From Sulfuricurvum sp. (lineage in GTDB: Bacteria; Campylobacterota; Campylobacteria; Campylobacterales; Sulfurimonadaceae): a DNA stretch of 64,000 bases. The position numbers and the translations under genes were made by a program. Positions 51,659 to 60,938 of the stretch are shown here, in pieces (the stretch's first letter is position 1; each line of letters begins with the position of its first letter). The notes under the pieces were generated by a model. That model saw only the letters and a program-made list of their open reading frames with translations, searched no databases and had not been told where the DNA came from. The stretch lies in the NCBI GenBank assembly GCA_036821965.1, contig DAISIO010000001.1:195489-259488 (forward strand), given 5' to 3'.

Positions 51659-52428
51659 AAGTTTTATTATTAGCAGGTGGCTACGGCACTAGGCTAAGCG
51701 AAGAAACCGATGTACGCCCCAAACCAATGGTAGAAATTGGCGGAAAACCAATCCTTTGGCATATTATGAAGACGTATAGTAAATATGGTTTTAATGATTT
51801 TGTCATTCTTCTAGGCTACAAAGGTTATTTTATAAAAGAATATTTTGCCAACTATTTTCTCCACCAAAGTGATGTAACTATTGATATGCAAAACGGTAAG
51901 ATGGAAGTCCTAAACAACTCTAGTGAACCTTGGAAAGTAACCCTTCTTGATACTGGATTAAACAGTATGACCGGAGGAAGAATAAAAAGAGCTCAAGATT
52001 TTATCGGTAATGAGCCGTTTATGCTCACCTATGGAGATGGTGTTAGTGATATCAATATTGATGAACTGGTAAAATTTCATAAATCTCATGGTAAGGCTAT
52101 GACCATGACATCCAATCAGCCAGATGGACGGTTTGGAGCATTGAATATTGAAGATAATGATCAAGTAACACACTTTTTAGAAAAACCAAAAGGTGACGGT
52201 GGATGGATAAATGCCGGTTATTTTGTTTGCGAGCCAAAAGTTTTCGATTATATTTGTGATGGTGACACTACTGTATTTGAACAAGCACCGCTTCAAAACT
52301 TAGCAAAAGATGGTGAAGTGTATACCTATAAACATAATGGCTTTTGGTCTCCAATGGATAGCTTAAAAGACAAAAATGATCTTAATAAACTTTGGGATAC
52401 CAATAGAGCACCTTGGAAAGTCTGGTAA
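51655..52428 (+). CDS. rfbF: Glucose-1-phosphate cytidylyltransferase
   Basis: '[35 protein letters not shown]' and 'GGWINAGYFV'. Confidence 0.9.
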   Translation: MKVLLLAGGYGTRLSEETDVRPKPMVEIGGKPILWHIMKTYSKYGFNDFVILLGYKGYFIKEYFANYFLHQSDVTIDMQNGKMEVLNNSSEPWKVTLLDTGLNSMTGGRIKRAQDFIGNEPFMLTYGDGVSDINIDELVKFHKSHGKAMTMTSNQPDGRFGALNIEDNDQVTHFLEKPKGDGGWINAGYFVCEPKVFDYICDGDTTVFEQAPLQNLAKDGEVYTYKHNGFWSPMDSLKDKNDLNKLWDTNRAPWKVW

Positions 52429-53522
52429 TGGATAATCTTTTTGGCAGTATCTACAAAGGTAAAATAGTCTTAATCACAGGACATACTGGATTTAAAGGTT
52501 CATGGCTGGCATATTGGCTCAATCAAATGGGGGCAAATATCATCGGGTATTCTTTGGAAGCGCCGACCGAACCAAATCATATTGGACTTTTAAATCTCGA
52601 CATGACCTCCATCATCGGAGACATTCGAGATCTGGACAAACTAAACGAAACATTTCAAACGTACCAACCGGATATTGTATTTCACCTAGCCGCCCAACCG
52701 CTTGTAAGACTCTCCTATGAAAATCCGATCGAAACGTATGAAACCAATGTCATCGGAACACTCAAAGTTTTCGAAGCATGCCGAGCCAACGGTGTGAAGG
52801 CAATTGTTAACATCACCAGTGACAAAGCGTATGAGAACAAAGAATGGGTGTGGGGTTACCGTGAAAACGATCCTATGGGTGGTTATGACCCCTACAGTTC
52901 TTCCAAAGGGTGTGCCGATATCCTTGCCAACTCCTACCGAAGCTCTTATTTTAATCCCGCCGAATATAAAAAATCGCATCATACTCTCTTGGCATCGTGC
53001 CGTGCTGGAAATGTGATCGGCGGAGGAGACTGGGCGAAAGACCGTCTTATGACCGATATTATGCTCTCTGTATCGCAAGGTAAAAAAGTCAGTATCCGAA
53101 ATCCCAATGCTACTCGCCCGTGGCAGCATGTCCTTGAACCCCTCAGCGGCTATCTCGCGATCGGACAAAAACTTCTGGAAGAGAAAGTCGAATTTGGCGA
53201 AGCGTGGAACTTCGGTCCAAGCGATGAGGGGAGCATTACGGTCGAAGAGGTCGTGAACCATGTCAAAAAGCATTGGGACAAAATCGATTATGAGATCAAC
53301 CGCGATCCTCACCAGCTTCATGAAGCCAATCTTCTGAAACTTGATTGTTCTAAAGCCCACATCCGTCTAAAATGGAAAGATACTTGGGATAGCGAAACGA
53401 CTTTTGAAAAAACGGTGCTGTGGTATAAAAACTTTTATGAAAATGAGAGTGTTGGTACAACGGATGATTTGAATCACTATGTTATGGATGCAAAAAAGAA
53501 AAACTTGGAGTGGACTAAATGA
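52428..53522 (+). CDS. rfbG: CDP-glucose 4,6-dehydratase
   Basis: 'VLITGHTGFKGSWL', 'FHLAAQPLVR', 'DPYSSSKGCADIL' and 'RAGNVIGGGDW'. The ATG at 52428 overlaps the rfbF stop. Confidence 0.9.
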   Translation: MDNLFGSIYKGKIVLITGHTGFKGSWLAYWLNQMGANIIGYSLEAPTEPNHIGLLNLDMTSIIGDIRDLDKLNETFQTYQPDIVFHLAAQPLVRLSYENPIETYETNVIGTLKVFEACRANGVKAIVNITSDKAYENKEWVWGYRENDPMGGYDPYSSSKGCADILANSYRSSYFNPAEYKKSHHTLLASCRAGNVIGGGDWAKDRLMTDIMLSVSQGKKVSIRNPNATRPWQHVLEPLSGYLAIGQKLLEEKVEFGEAWNFGPSDEGSITVEEVVNHVKKHWDKIDYEINRDPHQLHEANLLKLDCSKAHIRLKWKDTWDSETTFEKTVLWYKNFYENESVGTTDDLNHYVMDAKKKNLEWTK

Positions 53523-55267
53523 AAGCTTCGGATTATATTGTTCAATTCTTAGTTGAGCAAAAAATTGACAAAGTATTTGGCTATATTGGTGGAGCTGTAG
53601 CTCATTTCTATGATTCGCTTGATAAAAATAAAGATATTGAAATCGTCAATACCGTGCATGAGCAAGGGGCTGGTTTTGCTGCCGAAGGCTATGCCAGAGT
53701 CACCGGAAAAACCGGTGTGGCAACGGCTACAAGCGGACCAGGTGCTACCAACCTGATCACCCCGATTGGAAGTTGTTTTTTTGATTCGGTTCCGACATTG
53801 TTCATTACCGGGCAAGTCAATACCTATGAATATAAGTACGATCAGCCGGTACGTCAGATAGGCTTTCAAGAAACCGATATCGTTAGTATTATCAAACCTA
53901 TCACCAAATATGCGGTGATGGTAGATGATATAGCAAATTTGCGATACGAACTTGAAAAAGGGTATTTCCTCTCTCAGGAAGGGAGAAAAGGTCCTGTTCT
54001 TGTTGATATACCTATGAACATACAACGATCAGAATTTGATCCTGCACAACAAGCTTCTTTTTATGATAGTGTTGAGTACAAAAATTATCAGTATCAAGCA
54101 GATTTTGACAAAGACTTACTCAAGATAATTCAGGCGCTTAATACTTCTAAGCGGCCGATTATTTTAGTCGGTGGAGGGGCCCGAATTTCCAATGCGGATA
54201 TTGAGCTCAACCAATTTTTGCAAGCCAATCATTTTCCACTTGTCTACTCCTTGATGGGGAAAGATCTTATCAAAGACAATTACACGTACAATCTTGGCCT
54301 TATCGGAGCTTATGGCAACCGATACGGTAATATGGCGTTGGCAAATTCAGATTTGATTCTTGTTTTAGGCTCACGACTGGATACGAGACAAACGGGAACC
54401 GATCTCAAAACATTTGCGAGAGAAGCTAAAATCATTCAGGTTGATATTGATAAACATGAATTAGGATCAAAAATAAATGCCGATATTTTGATTCATTCGG
54501 ATGTGAAAACGTTCCTTGAACTGCTTGGTCAAAATAGTTTTACCAATGATATTTCACAATGGCAAGAAAAGGTACTCTCTTACAAAGAAAAATACTCATC
54601 CATTATCGGGATAGACCAGAAAGAGAAAATTCCGAATAAAATTATTCATAAAATTGCATCTCATTTGAATTCATACGATGCGGTATGTGTAGATGTAGGC
54701 CAACATCAAATGTGGGTAGCACAATCTTTGGATACAAAAGATCAGCAAAGAGTCTTATTTTCTGGTGGAATGGGGGCTATGGGCTGTGCATTACCAACGG
54801 CTATAGGCTCAACACTTGGGACTGGAAAACGATCCATTGTGATTGTCGGAGATGGTGGATTCCAAATGAATATACAAGAATTGGAAATCATTAAAAGACG
54901 CCATCTTCCGATCAAAATATTCATTATGAACAATACTAACCTAGGAATGGTCAGACAATTTCAAGAACTCTATTTTGATAAAAACTACATAGGGACAAAG
55001 AAAGACTACAGTGTCCCTAATTTTGAAAACATCGGCAACGCCTATGGAATAGTAAGTAGCACTGCCTGGACGAACGATGAGATTTATCAAAAGATCGAAG
55101 AGATGCTCTCGGATGATGAACCCGCTATTCTAGATATTAGACTGGTTGAATCAATGACAACAGTTGAGCCAAAACTTATTGTGAATAAGCCAATTGAAGA
55201 CATGTACCCCTTTTTGGATCGAGAAGAGTTTGCAGAACAAATGATTATTAAGCCATTGGATGAATAG
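53519..55267 (+). CDS. Thiamine-diphosphate enzyme of the acetolactate-synthase family (YerE-like candidate)
   Basis: 582 aa. N-terminal Pyr domain 'HEQGAGFAAEGYARVTGKTGVATATSGPGATNL' and ThDP motif 'GDGGFQMNIQELE...IFIMNN'. Confidence 0.8.
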   Translation: MKASDYIVQFLVEQKIDKVFGYIGGAVAHFYDSLDKNKDIEIVNTVHEQGAGFAAEGYARVTGKTGVATATSGPGATNLITPIGSCFFDSVPTLFITGQVNTYEYKYDQPVRQIGFQETDIVSIIKPITKYAVMVDDIANLRYELEKGYFLSQEGRKGPVLVDIPMNIQRSEFDPAQQASFYDSVEYKNYQYQADFDKDLLKIIQALNTSKRPIILVGGGARISNADIELNQFLQANHFPLVYSLMGKDLIKDNYTYNLGLIGAYGNRYGNMALANSDLILVLGSRLDTRQTGTDLKTFAREAKIIQVDIDKHELGSKINADILIHSDVKTFLELLGQNSFTNDISQWQEKVLSYKEKYSSIIGIDQKEKIPNKIIHKIASHLNSYDAVCVDVGQHQMWVAQSLDTKDQQRVLFSGGMGAMGCALPTAIGSTLGTGKRSIVIVGDGGFQMNIQELEIIKRRHLPIKIFIMNNTNLGMVRQFQELYFDKNYIGTKKDYSVPNFENIGNAYGIVSSTAWTNDEIYQKIEEMLSDDEPAILDIRLVESMTTVEPKLIVNKPIEDMYPFLDREEFAEQMIIKPLDE

Positions 55268-56197
55268 ATGACCATACTGATCATTGGTGCGAACGGGTTT
55301 ATCGGTAAACATCTACGCGAGTATTTTACAAAAAACAGTACCTACACACTGTTGACGCCAGATAGTAAAGCACTGAATATTTCAGATGAAACCGGTGTTG
55401 ATAATTACATTCAAGCCACGCAACCAGATATTATCATCAACTGTGCCAATCGCGGAGGTGGACGGGACAGTGGCAATGAAAACATTGTTCACGAAAACCT
55501 ACGGATGTTTTTTAACATCGTCAAGCACTCCGATAAAGTTTCGAAAATCATCCATTTCGGAAGTGGTGCAGAATACAGTAAGCATAAACCGATTGTGGAT
55601 GTTAAAGAGGAGGATGCAGACATTGCCATGCCTCTGGATGAATATGGGTTTTACAAATCTGTCTGCTCGAAATTCATCGAAAAAAGTGACAATAATCTCA
55701 ATTTGAGAATTTTCGGCTGTTACGGTGAATACGAAAATTACGAGTTTAAATTTATCTCAAATGCCATTGTCAAAAATCTTTTACATTTGCCCATAACGAT
55801 TAATAAAAATGTCTTTTTCGATTATATCTATGTGGATGATTTAGTAAAAATCGTCGATCATTTTCTACATCATGATAGCAAACATAACATTTATAATCTG
55901 ACAATCGGCAAAAAAATCGATTTGATCACATTAGCAAATCTGGTAAATGAAACCAGTGATTTCACCTCCGAGATCAAGATTGTCAATGAAGGGCTAAACA
56001 ATGAGTACACGTCAGACAATCATAGATTGATGGATGAAATCAGTGGGGTTAAATTGACTCAGCATCGCGAAGCCATTATACAAATGCGAAACTATTACAG
56101 TTCCATTTTGGATACGATTGACAGAGAAAAGATTGAAGCAGATCCTTATCTGCAACTGTGCACATCATTTTGGAATAAACACAAGGAGAAAGAATGA
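55268..56197 (+). CDS. NAD(P)-dependent SDR (epimerase/dehydratase family), probable sugar ketoreductase
   Basis: 'ILIIGANGFIG' Rossmann motif and YxxxK 'YGFYKSVCSK'. Confidence 0.7.
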   Translation: MTILIIGANGFIGKHLREYFTKNSTYTLLTPDSKALNISDETGVDNYIQATQPDIIINCANRGGGRDSGNENIVHENLRMFFNIVKHSDKVSKIIHFGSGAEYSKHKPIVDVKEEDADIAMPLDEYGFYKSVCSKFIEKSDNNLNLRIFGCYGEYENYEFKFISNAIVKNLLHLPITINKNVFFDYIYVDDLVKIVDHFLHHDSKHNIYNLTIGKKIDLITLANLVNETSDFTSEIKIVNEGLNNEYTSDNHRLMDEISGVKLTQHREAIIQMRNYYSSILDTIDREKIEADPYLQLCTSFWNKHKEKE

Positions 56198-57522
56198 CCC
56201 AACAAGAAGCCTTAAAACAAGAAATTTTAGCCAAGACCAAAGAATATTATGAATTGGTCCACAAACCGGTACAAGATAAAGAGTTTATCGCGGGTAAAAG
56301 TCGCGTTAATTATGCAGGACGTGTATTTGATGAAAAAGAGATGATCAATCTTGTCGACAGTTCTCTGGATTTTTGGCTCACCTACGGGAGCTATTCCAAG
56401 CAGTTTGAAAAAAAACTGGCAGACTATCTCGGAGTACGTTGGACATTTTTGGTCAACAGTGGTAGTTCGGCAAACCTTCTCGCATTTTATACCCTTACGT
56501 CACCGCTGCTTGGTGACCGTCAAGTTAAACGCGGCGATGAAGTGATCACCGTTGCGGCAGGTTTCCCTACCACAGTCGCGCCGATCGTACAATACGGTGC
56601 TGTTCCCGTTTTCGTTGATATGGAACTGACCCATTTCAATATTGACACAACGCAATTGGAATTGGCTTTGAGCCCAAAAACAAAAGCGGTCATGATCGCC
56701 CATACTCTCGGTAATCCATTTAACCTCCGTGCGGTCAAAGAGTTCTGTGATAAACATAATCTCTGGCTTATCGAGGACAACTGCGATGCTCTTGGCTCTA
56801 CGTATGAGGGTAAACCGACAGGTACATGGGGAGACATCGGAACATCGAGTTTCTACCCTCCTCATCATATGACGATGGGAGAAGGGGGTGCGACCTATAC
56901 CGATAATCCACTCCTCAAAAAAATCATGCTCTCGATGCGTGACTGGGGACGAGACTGCTGGTGCGAAAGCGGTATCGATAACACCTGTGGATGCCGTTTC
57001 TCTCAGAGTTTCGGGACCTTACCAAAAGGGTATGATCACAAATACGTCTACAGTCACTTCGGATTCAATCTCAAAGTCTCCGATATGCAAGCCGCTATCG
57101 GTGTCGCACAACTCGAAAAATTCCCAACGTTTGTCGAAAAGCGCAAAGAGAACTTCACAAAACTCTACGAAGGGTTAAGAGGGGTAGATGCTCTGATCCT
57201 GAATGCCTCAACTCCCAACAGTGATCCAAGCTGGTTTGGCTTTATGATCACCCTAAAAGACGGTGTTAAATTTACCCGCAATGATCTTGTAGAACATCTC
57301 GAAAATGCCAATATTCAAACCCGTAACCTTTTTGCCGGAAATATGCTACGCCATCCGATGTTTGACAGTATGATAAAAGACAGTGATTATCGTGTCATCG
57401 GTGAACTACCGAATACGGACAAGATCATGAATGACAGTTTTTGGATCGGTCTGTATCCGGGGATGGGTGATGAAGCAATTGCGTATATGGTTGAAAAGAT
57501 AAAAGGATATATTAGCAAATGA
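56194..57522 (+). CDS. rfbH: CDP-6-deoxy-L-threo-D-glycero-4-hexulose 3-dehydrase (E1, RfbH/DdhC)
   Basis: 'YAGRVFDEKEMINLVDSSLDFWLT', 'PPHHMTMGEGG' (His replaces Lys) and Cys pattern C-x57-C-x-C-x7-C ('DNCDALG...DCWCESGIDNTC'). Confidence 0.9.
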   Translation: MTQQEALKQEILAKTKEYYELVHKPVQDKEFIAGKSRVNYAGRVFDEKEMINLVDSSLDFWLTYGSYSKQFEKKLADYLGVRWTFLVNSGSSANLLAFYTLTSPLLGDRQVKRGDEVITVAAGFPTTVAPIVQYGAVPVFVDMELTHFNIDTTQLELALSPKTKAVMIAHTLGNPFNLRAVKEFCDKHNLWLIEDNCDALGSTYEGKPTGTWGDIGTSSFYPPHHMTMGEGGATYTDNPLLKKIMLSMRDWGRDCWCESGIDNTCGCRFSQSFGTLPKGYDHKYVYSHFGFNLKVSDMQAAIGVAQLEKFPTFVEKRKENFTKLYEGLRGVDALILNASTPNSDPSWFGFMITLKDGVKFTRNDLVEHLENANIQTRNLFAGNMLRHPMFDSMIKDSDYRVIGELPNTDKIMNDSFWIGLYPGMGDEAIAYMVEKIKGYISK

Positions 57523-58505
57523 AAATTTTGTATGTTGATTTGCAGTACGATTATGGCATCAAAACGCGAGGCATCAATGTAATCGGTCATGACGGATTCA
57601 AAAGATCGTTTGAACAGTTGGGTCACGATGTTGTGATGTTTTACTATGATGATTATTTGAATAATACAGTGCCATTGCAGAATGATTTAAAAGCTTTTGC
57701 TGATGAAACACAGCCTAATTTGATCTTTTTTTCATTGTATACTGATCAATTCAAAATAGATACTCTAGACTATCTTAAATCCAAATACAGAACGATTAAT
57801 TGGTTCGGGGATGACCAATGGAGATTTGATAATTTCACATCACTGTATGCTAACCATTTTACCTATTGCATTACTACAGACAAGTTTTCTATTCCGAAAT
57901 ATCATGCATTAGGACAAAACAATATTATTTATAGCCAATGGGCAGCTATCGATAGTCATACTATTCCTGAATTCAAAGGATACAAATATGATGTCTCTTT
58001 TGTAGGAGGATTTCACCCTTATCGAAAATGGTTTGTAGATACGTTGAAGAAAAGAGGAATAAATATCGTTGCATTTGGTAATGGATGGGAAAATGGACCA
58101 CTAAGTGCCGATGCAATGAATGAACTTTTTATAAATTCTAAAATCAATGTGAATATTGGCAATAGCAATAGTTTTGATATCAGATATCTTTTAAGTTATT
58201 GGAAAGCTATCCCCTTACTTTTTAGAAGCCAAAAAAATGCCAGTCAAATAAAAGCTAGAAACTTTGAGATACCATTTTTCGGTGGATTTCAACTCACTGA
58301 TTATGCTCCGACAATAGAAAATTATTTTGATATTGGTAAAGAGATCGTGTGTTACAAAGATATAGATGAAGCCGAACTGCTTATAAGATACTATTTAGAA
58401 AATGAAGAGGAAAGAGAAGAAGTTAAAAAAGCTTCTCATCTTAAAGCAATTGCTACACATGGATATATCCATCGCCTTGAAAAAGTTTTGGAGCATATAG
58501 GATGA
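57519..58505 (+). CDS. CgeB-like / DUF3880-type putative glycosyltransferase
   Basis: 328 aa. 'YDVSFVGG', 'IKARNFEIPFFGGFQLTD' and a C-terminal 'H.Y..R...L' resemble the CgeB-type GT-B family. This is a tentative assignment. Confidence 0.5.
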   Translation: MKILYVDLQYDYGIKTRGINVIGHDGFKRSFEQLGHDVVMFYYDDYLNNTVPLQNDLKAFADETQPNLIFFSLYTDQFKIDTLDYLKSKYRTINWFGDDQWRFDNFTSLYANHFTYCITTDKFSIPKYHALGQNNIIYSQWAAIDSHTIPEFKGYKYDVSFVGGFHPYRKWFVDTLKKRGINIVAFGNGWENGPLSADAMNELFINSKINVNIGNSNSFDIRYLLSYWKAIPLLFRSQKNASQIKARNFEIPFFGGFQLTDYAPTIENYFDIGKEIVCYKDIDEAELLIRYYLENEEEREEVKKASHLKAIATHGYIHRLEKVLEHIG

Positions 58506-59521
58506 AAAAGGCTGCCATCGTTACAGCTTCATATTACGGAAAAGATAAGCTTTTTGATCTGAGTGATCCGATTGCTAATCGTGATAATTGCCTTTACCCG
58601 TTTTTTCTCTTACGTCAAAAAATGTTAGAGCAAGGCATCGATTTGGCAACATCCGATATTCATCTTCCTAATGATTCAGATATTGTCATTTATAATGAAA
58701 TGCCTTCAATGTTGCCATCAGGCTCTTTAATCGAAAAATCGTATCTTCTTCTTTTTGAAAGTGATCTTATACGTCCGGATAACTGGGTTTTAGATAAGCA
58801 TCGCCATTTCCATAAAATTTTTACATGGCATGATGATTTCGTCGATAACATCAAATATTTTAAAATCAATTTTGCTCAAGAGATTCCGCATGCGATAAAT
58901 AAAGATTTATCGAAAAAAGAAAAGCTCTGCACGCTAATAGCAGGGAATAAAAAAGTCCCTCACCCTAAAGAACTTTATTCCAAAAGAGTCGAAGCTATTC
59001 GATGGTTTGAAAAACATCATCCTGAAGATTTTGACCTGTATGGTATCGGTTGGGATACCTACCGCTTTAATGGTCCAAAAATTATCCGTGCACTCAATCG
59101 GATCAAGCCATTGACAAAACTTTTGGCCCCCTCATTTCCTTCATACAAAGGAAAAGTCGAGTGTAAAAAAGAGACACTGGAAAAATATAAATTTACGATC
59201 TGCTATGAAAATGCCAGAGATATTCCAGGATATATTACAGAAAAAATATTTGACTGTTTATTTGCCGGATGCATACCGATTTATTGGGGTGCCAACAATA
59301 TAGGCGATTATATTCCAAAGGGATGTTTTATAGATAAGCGTGATTTTGAAAGCTATGAAGAGCTCTATGCGTTTATGCGCGATATGTCCGATTATGATTA
59401 CTTAAAATATTTGGAGACTATTGAAGAGTTTTTAAATAGCAATAAAGTTTATCCATTTAGCAGTGAATATTTTGCAAAAACAATTGTAGATACGATCCTC
59501 GATGATACAAAAAATAAATAA
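58502..59521 (+). CDS. Glycosyltransferase family 10 (alpha-1,3-fucosyltransferase-like)
   Basis: 'KYKFTICYENARDIPGYITEKIFDCLFAGCIPIYWG' matches the GT10 FxxxFEN...Y.TEK motif. Confidence 0.7.
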   Translation: MKKAAIVTASYYGKDKLFDLSDPIANRDNCLYPFFLLRQKMLEQGIDLATSDIHLPNDSDIVIYNEMPSMLPSGSLIEKSYLLLFESDLIRPDNWVLDKHRHFHKIFTWHDDFVDNIKYFKINFAQEIPHAINKDLSKKEKLCTLIAGNKKVPHPKELYSKRVEAIRWFEKHHPEDFDLYGIGWDTYRFNGPKIIRALNRIKPLTKLLAPSFPSYKGKVECKKETLEKYKFTICYENARDIPGYITEKIFDCLFAGCIPIYWGANNIGDYIPKGCFIDKRDFESYEELYAFMRDMSDYDYLKYLETIEEFLNSNKVYPFSSEYFAKTIVDTILDDTKNK

Positions 59522-60938
59522 AGAACTTGCCATATTGGTGATGGGGCGAGGTGCCCAAATTCTTATTATGCTTTTTGCAATTAAATTATCGACTGCTTTA
59601 TTGAACCCTTCCGAGATGGGGAATTTGTACTTGATTTTGACTATATACAGTTTTTTCGGTTTCTTTTTTATGAATCCGATAGGACAATATGTCAATCGTA
59701 AAACGCATGAATGGCACCAAAACGGAGTACTTCTAAATAAACTTTTTAATTATAATTATTATATTTTATCTGCTTCTATATTGTCTTTTTTTGTTGTGGT
59801 CATATTATATTCTTTTGGAATAGCTAATAGTATGAACTATACATTATTGATTATTTTTATACCTTTATATGTATTTTTTAATACATGGAACCAAACCATT
59901 ATACCGATGATAAACATGCTTGAATATAGGACAGCTTTTACTGTATTAACTATTTTAACATTATTATTGGCATTATTTACTTCTTATTTCATGGTTGACA
60001 AGTTTGAGAAAAATGGATTATTATGGTTTTCGGGACAAATTGTCGGACTGGGCATGATGGCGATTATAGCTTTTGTCTTTTTTATGAAAAAGGTTAACAA
60101 TACGTTTAGTATTTCTGTGGCGCACAGTAGCGTGACTAAAACAAATCTAAAACATATTGTATCTTTCGCGCTCCCTTTGAGTATAGCAGTACTATTTTTA
60201 TGGATGCAAAATCAATCGTATCGGCTTATTATTGAAAAATACATTGGGGCAGAATTTTTAGGCTATTTTGGAGTAGGTATGGCGATAGCTATCGCTATAT
60301 CTTCTTCTTTCGAAACGATTGTTATGCAGTTTTTATATCCGAAGATCTACAAACAGATGAATGATGAAGTACAATTCAAAATCATTTTTTCAAATATTAT
60401 CAATCTGATTTTGCCTATCTATTTCTTTTTAGCAATTTTTGTTTCATTTACAGCTATGTATTTAACAATTATTTTGGTTGACATAAAATATACTTCTTCA
60501 TTCATTTTTGTAATCTTCGGGATTTGGGTAGAATTTTTTAGGATGTCATCAAACTTGATCTCTACAATAGCTCACTCTAAAATGCAAACAAAAACATTGA
60601 TCATCCCGTATGCTATCGGAGGTATTTTTGTAGCTGTAGGGACGTATCTTGTATCACAGAACCAACATTATGCGTTGCTTATCCCGATTGTATTAATCGT
60701 AGGTGGATTTTTAACATTTTGGCAAATGTTTAGAAAAATGAATACACTGATTAATTTTGATTTAAAGATTGAAAACTTTATTCATATTTTATTGTATTCT
60801 TTCGCTTTTGGTATTGTTACTCTATTGTATGACTATTCTATAAGTTTTTGTGCATCGATAGCTATCGTACTTGTTTTTGGTTTGTATTTTTTATTTGTTC
60901 TTTATCGATTTATAAAGCTTCAAGGAGTAATGATTTGA
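59502..60938 (+). CDS. wzx: Oligosaccharide-unit flippase Wzx (MOP superfamily)
   Basis: 478 aa, very hydrophobic with at least 12 predicted TM helices, AT-rich, and in the usual position in an O-antigen/capsule locus. Confidence 0.75.
   Translation: MIQKINKELAILVMGRGAQILIMLFAIKLSTALLNPSEMGNLYLILTIYSFFGFFFMNPIGQYVNRKTHEWHQNGVLLNKLFNYNYYILSASILSFFVVVILYSFGIANSMNYTLLIIFIPLYVFFNTWNQTIIPMINMLEYRTAFTVLTILTLLLALFTSYFMVDKFEKNGLLWFSGQIVGLGMMAIIAFVFFMKKVNNTFSISVAHSSVTKTNLKHIVSFALPLSIAVLFLWMQNQSYRLIIEKYIGAEFLGYFGVGMAIAIAISSSFETIVMQFLYPKIYKQMNDEVQFKIIFSNIINLILPIYFFLAIFVSFTAMYLTIILVDIKYTSSFIFVIFGIWVEFFRMSSNLISTIAHSKMQTKTLIIPYAIGGIFVAVGTYLVSQNQHYALLIPIVLIVGGFLTFWQMFRKMNTLINFDLKIENFIHILLYSFAFGIVTLLYDYSISFCASIAIVLVFGLYFLFVLYRFIKLQGVMI

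Noticed and set aside
52686-53360. A 224-aa antisense ORF inside rfbG, with similar long antisense ORFs at 53549-54025, 45728-46150, 19617-20072, 12995-13465, 460-1286, 37815-38198 and 38565-38960.
   Set aside because: All lie entirely opposite well-supported conserved genes. Their translations have low-complexity or odd composition with no recognisable motifs. They are shadow ORFs.
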